Source: Octopus sinensis (lineage: Eukaryota). Taken from it: a stretch of DNA of 64,000 bases. This document shows, one piece after another, positions 12,600-24,235 of this stretch. Positions within the stretch are counted from its first letter, which is position 1. Every line of letters begins with the position of its first letter. The notes under the pieces are model-generated. The model was given only the letters and a program-made list of their open reading frames with translations, had not been told where the DNA came from and did not search any database. A program made the translations under genes and the position numbers. The stretch is from NCBI RefSeq assembly GCF_006345805.1, contig NC_043001.1, positions 129,642,001 through 129,706,000 of the forward strand, in the 5' to 3' direction.

Positions 12600-12850
12600 A
12601 AAAGTTAAGAAAGATGTCTTTTGGTATCTGTTCCAGGTCTTTGTACACTGACAGCAATGCCTGCATTAACAATAGTACTAAGCTGTATGGGCCCAAGTTG
12701 GTGGTCTTCCTTTGGATAAACATTAATGATGTGCAGAGGGGAAACTTGCTTGCATGGGCAACTGGTGTTCTTCTTAATAAAATAATCATGCCCATACTTG
12801 CACAAAGATGCTGAGATGCATTGTTAGCCCTGATCTACAGATGCAGGCAA
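12600..12850 (-). repeat. Unclassified ancient repeat, copy 2
   Basis: Shares AGTACTAAGCTG...GGCCC with copy 1 and TTGCTGTCAGT...GGAACAGATA...AAGACATCT with copy 3. Confidence 0.6.
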
Positions 12851-13339
12851 AAAGTTAAAAAGTGTACATCTTCCCATGACTAATGAGAATGTGTAATTAG
12901 CTGAGTACTACTTTACTGTTTCAGACTTGACTCAATTTGGGACTGCTAAATAATAAAAAAATATTCTTTATTTTTAATCCTTAGATCTCAAAGCAGATAA
13001 AACTATACATAACAGTATGTTAATACTGAGTCACTCTCAGGTCATTATTGAGTACTACTGTTAACATGTAACCCAGTATGACATTTCACATGGTCAAGTT
13101 GTTGGTGACTAAATTTGGTGATTTGGACAACCTACAGGATGTAAGACAAAACCTATCAAAGGGTGGAGGAATTCTTAGAGTCAACAACCATTCAATAGTG
13201 TATATAGAAAGAATTAACCTCAATGACGAAAAATTCCCTAGCCAGGATCACTGGGGAGTCATGGGGAGCAGCATGGTAGATGTGAAGTTGAGATTATTTT
13301 CTTTTGACATATGATCTTCATTCAGTGAAACTATGTGAT

Positions 13340-13835
13340 ACAGTCTGAACTTGTTTCAGTCATTTGACTGTGGCCATGCTGGAGCACTGCCATGCTGGAG
13401 CACTGCCATGCTGGAGCACTGCCATGCTGGAGCACTGCCATGCTGGAGCACTGCCATGCTGGAGCACTGCCATGCTGGAGCACTGCCATGCTGGAGCACT
13501 GCCATGCTGGAGTTGACCAAATCGACTCCAGGATTTATTCTTTGTAAGCCTAGTACGTATTCTATCAGTCTCTTTAGCTGAACCACTAAGTTATGGGGAC
13601 GTAAGCACACCCGCATTGGTTGTCAAACGATGTTGGGTGGGGGGACAAACACAGACACACACATATATATATATACATACGACAGGCTTCTTTCAGTTTC
13701 TGTCTACCAAACCTACTCTCAAGGCTTTGGTTGGCTATGGTAGAAAGACACTTGCCCAAGGTGCCACACAGTAGGACTGAACCTGGAACCATGTGGTTGG
13801 TAAGCAAACTATTTACCACACAGCCACCTATGATA
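13340..13835 (-). mobile_element. SINE family A with an internal 16-bp tandem expansion (13373-13512)
   Basis: GCCATGCTGGAGCACT x8.75, perfect copies, in the SINE tail. Confidence 0.9.
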
Positions 13836-14410
13836 GAACTGGCAATTCATTAACTCACTTTAACTACTTGAAAACACTATGGTGCTTTGGGACCTCACAG
13901 TGTTACTAATTGAAGTCGGATGACTAGTAAAATAGAAAAAAATTAAAAAAGATTAAAAATACTAGGTTGAAAAAACTTTGGATAGAAAAAGTCAAAGGCT
14001 GCCTGCAGGTCATGAGCCCTCATCTATAAACATAACAGCCCTTAATTTTTTCAAACCAAAGGGTTTTTCGACTTAATACCTACATGCTATTATTTATAGC
14101 TTTTTCTGTTTTGAAATCCAATGTTTCAAAGAATAATTATTTCATGATCTTTCGAAGGTTATAAATTTTTACGTTGTCAATGATCTAAGAAAGAATAAAA
14201 AAAAAAGGCAGATAAATGCCAGTAGACTTCATGGGTGTATTCACATGGAATACAAAATACAAAGAAACAGTCCTATCCTATATAATGTAACAGTCCTATC
14301 TTAAGAGCTGTTTTGGATGAACCATAACTTGTGTCATAACCATGTCTCTTATGTGGTAAAGATCCATAATATTGTAGCATATCATACATTTTCTTTATTT
14401 GTATTCAATA

Positions 14411-14818
14411 TCTCTCTATATATAAATGGCAGTTTGTCTGTCTGTGTGTCTGTGTGGCTGTCAGGTTGTACCCTCACCCTGACCACGGCTTTCAACCGAT
14501 TCTGATGAAACTTGACACACACATAGCCCAATGTCATGATTCAAAACTAACGCAGCGAAAATTTTGAAAAGCTCCCCCAGTTCTGAAAAAAATCGATAAA
14601 TTCGACATGAGGTCAAGAATCTAAGCTTTTTATATGCAACACATTTTCTGTCGGGAGACAGCTAGGAACATCGTATACATAGAAGTATTCGAGTGAAGAG
14701 AAGACATTGCAACCTACACATGCGCCTTCGTTCCCTAGAGGGAAAGAACTAGATTGGGATTAGTCGTTGCCTATTAGGGGCTCTTACATACCCGGGCAAT
14801 GCCGGGCTATGCTGCTAG
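14411..14818 (+). mobile_element. Non-autonomous Helitron
   Basis: A/TC 5' end; 3' hairpin CCCGGGCAATGCCGGG then CTAG/T; 5' ~200 bp shared with 54051-54434. Confidence 0.8.
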
Positions 14819-16829
14819 TATATATATATTCGCGAGGTGCACTTGAGTTTATCGGCCTTTTCTTACTGTTACACCTGCTTTCTGAAGATTGTTTTCAAAG
14901 CCAACTTTTATACCAGATTCACCTATCCTGGATGCAGGAGTTGAAATTTAAGTCTTTATTTATCTGAGCACTGCTTTGTGAATACCTGTACCGCATGTCT
15001 TAGCATTTTCCAACTCCTCCCCCCATTCACACACACACACACATGCACAAGGAGGGAGAAAGAGAGAGAAATAGTTATTCATTCTATACTTGTTTTTCCA
15101 TGCTAACATGAATTAGAAGAATACTTATTACAGAGGCATTGTTTCACAACTGCATGCTCTACCAATCACTAACCCTTACTTATTTTTCAAATCAGAGATT
15201 TTTCATACCACTCGTCTTTGAAAGCACAGAATGTAACGAATGTAACAATTCACATGGACACACGCACACACACACGCACACAAATACACACACACGCACA
15301 CACATACACACACCTATTACATCATACATAGCAAGGTCCTGTAGAGCTTCCATCGACCAAATTCAGTCATGAGTGCGTGTGAGTGTGTATGTGTGTGTGT
15401 GTGTGTGTGTGTGGTCATCAGATTAAATCACGGCACTTACGTAATACCGTGCTCCTAAGGAAAGTACATATCTGTATATGTTCCCAGTTTGCCTGTCTGA
15501 CTGAATGGCTGGTAGAAAAGCAGGTTCTACTCCTATTTCACAGCTGAATGCATAAGCAGTAGGAAAGGGCATCCAACTGTGAAAACATTTACTCCAGTAA
15601 AACATCATCCCACTCATGCAAGCATTATGGAACAATGGATGCAAAACAATAAAAAATAAAAAATAAAATGCACATACACACAAAAATAAACACAAAAATA
15701 CACACAAAAATACACCCACACACACACACCCACGCACACAGATGTACATTCCACTGAAAGTGAAAGTAGAGACATGAATATATGAATTCTCATTTTCACA
15801 ATATGTTCAATTTTCTTTCAAATATATTTAATTTATTAATTATTTATTGCAGTGCTTAATGTCATTACATCAATGTTTTCCCATGGCTGATTCTTCAAGT
15901 ACGTACATTTGTATAAACAACTCAAGTAAAAGGTTTTTTACACCTGAACAATTTTCCCTCAGAACTCAGCCATGAAGTAAATCAAGAGAATGATACATTT
16001 TATTCCTTGTTTTCTTTCAACTGTTTAAGCTTGACGCTATGTTATAATTATTGTTGTTTAGTCCCCAGGTCAGTTCTGATTGAGCAGAAATATAATACGT
16101 AATCAAAGGTATATTCCAATCATGACCATCACATATTTTTGTTTAAATAAAAACTATATCTCTCAACGTGTTCTCCCTTATTTTGAATGTAAAGGTGTAA
16201 TATGAGGGAGTTTAAGCTGTTATGTTAGGCAGGTTAAGTAATCACATGTTATATTCTTTTATTTATTTATCTTTTATCTTTTGCCTATTTCAATCTTTAG
16301 GTTGCGGCCATGCTGGAGCACCGCCGTGAAATTTTAGTTGAATGAATCGACCCCAGTACTTATTTCTTAAGCCTCGTACTTATTTTATCAGTCTCTTTTG
16401 CTGAACTGCTGAGTTATGGGGACATAAACACACCGACACCTGTTGTCAAGTGGCAATGGCGTGGGGACAAACACACACACTCATAGATATATGTATAATG
16501 GGCTTCCTTCAGTTTCTGTCTATCAAGCCCTCTCACAAGGCTTTGGTCAGCTTGAGGCTATAGTAGAAGACATTTACCCAAGGTACCATGCATTGGGACT
16601 GAACCCGGAACCATGTGGTTGGGAAGCAAGCTTCTTATCACACAACTACTCCTGCACCTATTTATTTATTTATTTATTTTTTATTGGATGATTAAGATGA
16701 AAACAGAAAATATTTCTCAACCTGTTCTCAGCAGCATTTAAACAAGTGACAGGTTAATACCGGAAAATGTCGTAACTCACAGCTTTTACATCAATACACC
16801 TGCACGACAGGTAAAAACACATATGCATA

Positions 16830-17090
16830 CTAATAAGATAACCCAAGTGCATCGGTACAGGCATATGATGCTTAAGGAAGATAAGCGGATGACTAAAGAG
16901 GAGCAAGGATATTCAAGTGGCAAGAAAATATGGAAGAGAAGGAAACAAGAAGAAATGGTAAAAGTTTATTTCAAGGATGTTGAATCTCACACATGAGATG
17001 ACAAAAGAATGCAACAGATAACAAGATGCTAAGAGGCTGTGTTGCCAAGGAGCCATCCAACCAATGAAAACATGAAGAAGTTTTACATGT
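16830..17090 (+). mobile_element. Highly decayed LINE ORF2 C-terminal fragment (RTE-like)
   Basis: Broken translation resembles the LRWxGH..RM..R..K C-terminal region; many stops and shifts. Confidence 0.4.
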
Positions 17091-17111
17091 TAGATAGACA
17101 TGTTTGATAGA

Positions 17112-17510
17112 CATAGGCGCAGGAGTGGCTGTGTGGTAAGTAGCTTGCTAACCAACCACATGGTTCCGGGTTCAGTCCCACTGCGTTGCATCTTGGGCAA
17201 GTGTCTTCTGGTATAGCCCCGGGCCGACCAAAGCCTTGTGAGTGGATTTGGTAGACGGAAACTGAAAGAAGCCTGTCGTATATATGTATATATATATATA
17301 TGTGTGTGTTTGTGTGTTTGTCCCTCTAACATTGCTTGACAACTGATGCTGGTGTGTTTACATCCCCGTCACTTAGCGGTTCGGCAAAAGAGACCGATAA
17401 AATAAGTACTGGGCTTACAAAGAATAAGTCCCGGGGTCGATTTGCTCGACTAAAGGCAGTGCTCCAGCATGGCCGCAGTCAAATGGCTGAAACAAGTAAA
17501 AGAGTAAAGA
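17112..17510 (+). mobile_element. tRNA-derived SINE, family A
   Basis: Full-length copy. Further copies at roughly 5190-5620, 8005-8395, 16290-16660, 17630-18060, 20920-21310, 27205-27597, 28025-28405, 35075-35480, 45410-45765 and 50420-50830. Confidence 0.9.
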
Positions 17511-18245
17511 GTATGTAAGGAATTTCCCTATTAAGGTAGTCTTCAGACTGAGAAACTGAATAGTACCTGAAATGTAATAATGGAAGAAGCTGATGTGCAT
17601 CCACTTTTCTGTATCTTTATTTTTTATTCTTTTACATGTTTCAGTCATTGGACTGCAACCATACTGGAGTACCACCTTGAAGGGTTTTAGTCAAACAAAT
17701 TGACCCTTGTACTTATTGTGTTTTAAAAACCTGGCACTCTTTTATTGGTCTCCTTTCCTGAACTGCTAAATTACAGGGACATAAACAAACCAACACCAGT
17801 TGTCAAGTAGTGGTAGTGAAACATATACACAGACACACACATATACACACACATGCACACACATATATACACACATACACATGTGTATACACACACACAC
17901 ACAATTTATAGACTTCTTTCAGTTTCTGTCTACTGAATTTACTCACAAGGTTTTGGTCAGCCCAGGGCTATAGTAGAAGAGATTTATCAAAGGTGCCATG
18001 TAGTGTGACTAAACCTAGAACCTTGTGATTGGGAAGCAAGCTTCTTACCACACAACCACACTTATTTAGCTTTGCATTAAATGATTTTGACATTAAAACA
18101 CCTTGAATGATGAACCTTAAAAAAACAGTTCCTCATTCAAACACACATACACGCATAGTATACATAAAATAAAATACTGTAATATATTAAATATATTATT
18201 ACAATATAGGTGGCCCATTAGCAATTAAAGCCTGAAGGCAAATTG

Positions 18246-18589
18246 ATAAACAAGGGTACAAATTAGTACTGACATTGCTAGAAATAAGAGTCAAATAGCC
18301 ACACAAAGCACGAACCTCATGAAGTGATGAAAAGCAAGGAAGTGAGCTAAAGCACCTTTCTATGGTGAGATAAACTCACAAAAGGAAGTAAACAGATATA
18401 TCCTTATCATGTGATTTCGAACTCTGATAAAACTCTGATAACTATAATCTTAGTTCTCATCAGAGGATCTTGCTGATACTTGCTCTCTCACCGTTTGTTA
18501 TCTGATGTGGTTAGTGCTTTATGTGGTTATTCAAGTTGCTTTTGACTCTTATTTCAAGCAGTGCCAGTACTAATTTGTACCTTGTTTAT
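18246..18589. mobile_element. Inverted-repeat element enclosing a hammerhead ribozyme
   Basis: Arms 18246-18322 and 18503-18589 are reverse complements with a few mismatches and one ~12 nt indel. Confidence 0.7.
18400..18468 (-). ncRNA. Complete type I hammerhead ribozyme
   Basis: ATCCT-CTGATGA-GAACT[28 nt]AGTTC-GAAA-TC[ACAT]GA-TA/AGGAT: all core nucleotides and three Watson-Crick stems present; AUA cleavage triplet. Confidence 0.8.
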
Positions 18590-18615
18590 TATATATATAT
18601 ACATATATATATATA

Positions 18616-18660
<45 letters not shown>

Positions 18661-18664
<4 letters not shown>

Positions 18665-18892
18665 CTTTACTACCCACAAGGGGCTAAACACAGAGGGGAC
18701 AAACAAGGACAGACAAAGCGATTAAGTCGATTCCATCGACTCCCAGTGCGTAACTGGTACTTAATTTATTGACCCCGAAACGATGAAAGGCAAAGTTGAC
18801 CTCGGCGGAATTTGAACTCAGAACGTAACAGCAGACGAAATACGGCTATGCATTTCGCCCGGCATGCTACCGTTTCTGCCAGCTCGCTGCCT
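18661..18892 (-). mobile_element. SINE family B
   Basis: Reverse complement of 524-754. Confidence 0.85.
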
Positions 18893-18907
18893 TACTATAT
18901 AGATATA

Positions 18908-19308
18908 TATCTCTCTCTCTTCCCCCGTCTGTCTTGATAGACAATGGGTCACGCCAAGGGTGGGGCCTACTTTGATGATGAGCAGCATCTGCTGTGACTG
19001 AACAGTCCAATTCTAGAGTGGCAGTCCCTGGTACAGTTGCTGCACACGAACATCGATGGGTACGTGTGGGGTGTTGCTGCAGTTGTCCTCCTCCTGTCCC
19101 GCCTGTCCGACCACAGCTGTGCTCTCCTTTCCTCAGCCATGGAAACGCCTTTCCTCACTGTCCGACGCCAGGCAGAGCGATCAGCAGCTGTTACCTCCCA
19201 CGTGTCCACACAGATGTTGGCAGTCCTCAGGTTGCACTTGCACACATCCCTGTATCGTAGCTGTGGACATCCCTTGGGTCGGGATCCCGTGGTGAGTTCG
19301 CTGTACAG

Positions 19309-19310
<2 letters not shown>
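18908..19310 (-). mobile_element. 5'-truncated RTE-clade LINE 3' end
   Basis: Open frame LYSELTTGSRPKGCPQLRYRD...DRSAWR...CSNCTRDCHSRIGLFSHSRCC* (C-terminal Cys/His zinc finger) plus a short 3' UTR; CpG-rich. Confidence 0.9.
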
Positions 19311-19348
<38 letters not shown>

Positions 19349-21307
19349 TACAATGATCATGAGTATTATATAAATGTGTGAGTGTACATATTCTCAAGTA
19401 CAAACGGATGATGATGATATGCATGCATACGTATGTATTCATTTAGCTAACAACATGTGTTTTAACAGAGCACCCCATCAGGAAGTACAATGTCATCATT
19501 GGAAACGATGTCCTGTAAATTTATTGTTCTTTGACCAAAGACAAAATAGTAATAACATTTTTTTTTTTTTAAATCTCTTTATTAATTTTTTTTCCACTTT
19601 CTTTCGTAAAGTATGAATAAAAAGAAATTACACAATTCTCGTAATCAGAATTACAAGTATGTTCGTTTTCTCTTGCTGCAACATAACCTAGAATCAATAC
19701 AAATCTAGTGATAACATTCTCTTCCACCACAAAACAAAAACAAAAACATAATTTTGTTTTGCATCAAGCAATTTTATTTCCATTTAGAATTTTTAGAATT
19801 TTTTTTTTTAGCTATTTATTTTCTGCTAATTTTTATGATTGTTATTTATTTATTTATTTATTTATTGTTTCAATTATATTGGTATTTCTCCACCTCCACC
19901 ATGTCTTTAGACTAATTTTTACCCTGTAAAATGTTATTCAATTTGGAAAAAAAAATATAGGAAAAAAAAAGTAACAACAATACTATTGGTGCATATTTAT
20001 GGTCAGTATGGTAGATTATACTTTATATGCAAGTGGACAGACTTGTTGGCAGTCATGCTGCTGCTACAGGCTTTATCAACAATGACAGAATAACTATTAT
20101 GCAAAGTACAGAGAATTCATTGGCAGTTTGCATTCTGCAGGTTAATTTTTAGAAAATACTTAAAAAACAAAAATAAAATATTTCAAATTTTCTTTTTAAA
20201 ACCAGTGAATTGTTTTATAGAAATATCTGAAGAGAAATATAAACTAATGAAGGAAAAAAAATTGAACAAATTATTTTATATTTTAGTTACAAAAGAGAAA
20301 ACCTCTCTATACTATTCTTCCTTACCCCTGTCTTTCTTTCTCTCTAATTGTATCTATCTATGTATCAATTTCTCTCATTTCTTCCTTGTGTGTAGGTTCT
20401 CTGATATTTTAGTACCTAGTGGCTTTCATGCATAATGTGAATGTCTAAAATGCACACAAATAAAATAATACAATAGGTGTTCACCCTCAGGGTTATAAAT
20501 ATGAATGTCCTATATGCAAAATACGTGCATGCATACATGCAATAACAAGTATGCACACGCATGTATGTGTGTTTATTTGCGGATGTATAAGATACATCTT
20601 AAAATTTCCTAAATATGATGATATATATTAACAGACTATATCTGTATATTTTAGCTATAAAAATATTGATGATGTTTTATATTTTGGTACAGAAAAGGTA
20701 CTCAGTACCTAGTGTAGAGTTTATATTTATTACAAATATTTTGATGAGTCAGCAACGAAGTGATTTATCAACTGGCAGTGTGTGTGTGTACATATGTTGA
20801 TTTATGTCAGATGAATGAGAGAGGAGTGGTGAAATGCAAGACAAAATTTCAGTATCAGTTTCAATGAAAACACAAACACACACACATACATACATGTGTA
20901 TGGATATATATACATATATAGGCGCAGGAGTGGTTGTGTGGTAAGTAGCTTCTTTACCAACCACATGGTTCTGGGTTCAGTCCCACTGCGTGGCACCCTG
21001 GGCAAGTGTCTTCTACTATAGCGTTGGGCCGACCAAAGCCTTGTGAGTGGATTTGGTAGACGGAAACTGAAAGAAGCCTGTTGTATATATGTATGTATAT
21101 GTATGAATATGTGAGTGTGTTTGTGTTTGTCCCTCTAGCATTGCTTGACAACCGATGCTGGTGTGTTTATGTTCCCATCACTTAGCAGTTCGGCAAAAGA
21201 GACCAATAGAATAAGTACTGGGCTTACAAAGAATAAGTCCCGGGGTCGAGTTGCTCGATTAAAGGCAGTGCCCCAGCATGGCCGTAGTCAAATAACTGAA
21301 ACAAGTA

Positions 21308-21350
<43 letters not shown>

Positions 21351-22385
21351 TATATATACATACATATATATATACATATACATATATTACATATACATAT
21401 ATATATATATACATATACATATATATACATATACATATATATACATATATATACATATACATATATATACATATACATATATATACATATATATACATAT
21501 ACATATATATACACATATATATATATTTATATATATATATTGATATTGGCCAGACAATTGGATATTGTCATACACTGCTGGTCACAGTGCACTTCCCAGC
21601 ATTGTTGTAGCTTTTGAATGATGCTGCTAGGTTGGCAGACCAGCATTTCCCTTGAACAGAATTTCAGTTAGTCGCAAGGCTAGCCATTTATAACTTGGTG
21701 ATCTCATCCGTAAATAGACACACACACACACACACATGGCATTTCCAGCATGGAAGACACATACTAGCCATTGAAAAATAAACAAACAAAAATTTTAAAA
21801 AAAACAGACATGAACTGTTAATTTTACTTAAACATTTATTATTTGGTGTCAAAGTTTCCAGTGCACCAACTGCAACCTGGTCACTGACATGATTTCAAAA
21901 ATATGTGTTTGCATCAGAATAATAAATATTCACACAGTATAATGTAAATGGACTTCTGTCAGAGTCAATGATGAGTATTTAGTTGTTCAATCAACTGAAA
22001 TACCTTCACATTTAATTAATGTAAAAGTGGTAAACTCACAGATTCGCAACCATTTTTCACCTATGGGCCCCTTTGATCCCTATAATATTCTACTGGATGC
22101 CTATAGCCAATCGATGCTTCAAAAAGGACTCTGTTTTACTCTTTTACTTATTTTGGAGCACCACATTTAGTCAAGCAAACTGACCTCAGAACTTATTCTT
22201 TGTAAGCCTAGTACTTATTCTCTTGATTTCTTTTGCTGAACTGCTAGGTTACAGGGGACGTAAACACACCAACATTGGTTGTCAAGTGACAGTGGGAGGA
22301 CAAACACAGGCTCACAAATATATATCATCATCATCATCATCATCATCGTTTAGCGTCCGCTTTCCAAGCTGGCATGGGTTGGACA

Positions 22386-22431
<46 letters not shown>

Positions 22432-22484
22432 ATATATATGTATATATATACATATATGTATATATATACAGATACATATATACT

Positions 22485-22830
22485 CTTTTACTCTTTTACT
22501 TGTTTCAGCCATCCGGCTGAGGCCATGCTGGGCACACCGCCCTTGTTGCTACCCTCTCTAAGTCCAGTTTGCCGTGGCTGGCCACTGATCTAAGAGAGAG
22601 TTTGTAGCTGCTGCCCTTAGGTTACCTTCGTACCTTGCAGTGGGTTCATCTGGGATCCCGGAAAGCAGCTTGTCTAGATGTTTTTTGAAAATGTCCACAA
22701 CCGCATCATGTAGATCTCTTAGTTTTCTTGGCAGTTGTTGAACAGCTGAGGCCCCTGAACCCCAGGCTATTACAGTATCTGCTCCTTACCCTGGATGTGA
22801 AGACGGGACCTTTGGCACCACACAGTGATA
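22485..22830 (-). mobile_element. CR1-type LINE 3' fragment
   Basis: SRYCNSLGFRG matches TRYCNSLGFKG in the 52065-53975 LINE; ends in an (AAGTAAAAGAG) tail. Confidence 0.8.
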
Positions 22831-22993
22831 TATATATATATACATACACACACACATATATACACATATATACACACACACACACATATATATATATACA
22901 TATATACACACACACACATATATACATAGATATATACACACACACATATATACATAGATATATACACACACACACATATATACATAGATATAT

Positions 22994-23029
<36 letters not shown>

Positions 23030-23030
<1 letters not shown>

Positions 23031-23420
23031 CTAGTGTTGGTACGTTCATACTACTTTACTTGTTTAGGGGTTGTATTGGATAAATTGCGAAAATAACTCT
23101 AACAGTTCAAATACTAAGAAATAAGCGTACTCAATTTCATCTTTACCTAGTATTTTAGGAAAATGTATGGGCTATTTCCCTTAACTATATATAAGGATCC
23201 CTTCCAGGGGTGAATTGGTTATTTCCCTTGGTTTTTAAAATAAAATATATTAGATATATATATATATAAGGATCCTTTCCAGGGACACTACTATCGATTT
23301 TTTCAACAATCTGAGTATGTCATGAAGTTTCCAGACATGAGTTCTACCCATGTGTCAAGTTTCATCAAAATTGATAAAACGATGTAGGAGGAGTTAGCTA
23401 ATAAATCTACAAACATACCC
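23030..23420 (-). mobile_element. Possible decayed Helitron/Helentron-like element
   Basis: Contains the TGTGTCAAGTTTCATC motif shared with the two Helitrons and a CTAG/T at the left end; no clear hairpin. Confidence 0.35.
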
Positions 23421-24016
23421 ACATATGTAGTAGAAAATGATCATCATCTTTTAACGTACGTTTTCCATGCTGGCATGGGTTGGACAGTTTGTCAGGATCT
23501 GACATAGTGTTTAAGCATAGTTTGAGATAACTGGAGAACTTCTATGTTCATATGTATGTGAACTATCAGTTCATTAAAAGATAATTCTTTGTGTCAAATT
23601 TGTTTCATATAAATGCAAGTCATTTTTGTGGATACATCAATTTAAACACCAACTCATTTCAATCAAAGAATATTTAATTAAAACAACTTTTTGCTTTTGT
23701 AATTGCATATAACTCTAGCACATAGAATTTAACCATTTTTGTTAAGCATATCTCTAATGAAATATACTGAAGTAATTAGGATTTTGAAGAAATTTAGTAA
23801 AATATCTAACTTCACGATTACAAATCTGGTTTTTGGAATATAACTTTAGAAAAGGCACTTGCCTAAGTCTAGGATGCATGGGTGAAATTCTTAATATAAA
23901 CAATTGAAAACAAGTTCTTTTTGTGTCATAGAACCAGAGATAGTCTGGTAGATTGCTAACTTCTGCTATCCAAGATATGTAAATACTCTAAAAAAAAGTT
24001 TTTAACTATGTCTTAA

Positions 24017-24235
24017 CCCTTTCGTTACTGTATTTATTTTGAGATGCTCTGTGTTTCTTTCAATTACTTTAAATATAACAAAGAATTTAGTAAAATAACT
24101 TAGTTATGAGTCAGCTAGTGTTAGGACAAAAATTGTGACTAAGGTTTCGTGGAAGATTTTAATTCAGAACTTATGAAAACAAGACATTTGTACCCAGAGC
24201 CAGAGCTGGTTTCGGCCAGGTTGGTAACAAAAGGG
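24017..24235. mobile_element. piggyBac-type MITE
   Basis: TTAA/CCCTTTCGTTAC ... GTAACAAAAGGG/TTCT (right TTAA mutated). Confidence 0.75.

Noticed and set aside
13078-13314. 78-aa plus-strand ORF with protein-like composition
   Set aside because: No recognisable motif, no convincing splice context, and a length attainable by chance in 64 kb
13373-13512. CRISPR-like regular repeat
   Set aside because: Head-to-tail 16-mers with no spacers, inside a eukaryotic SINE, and no cas genes
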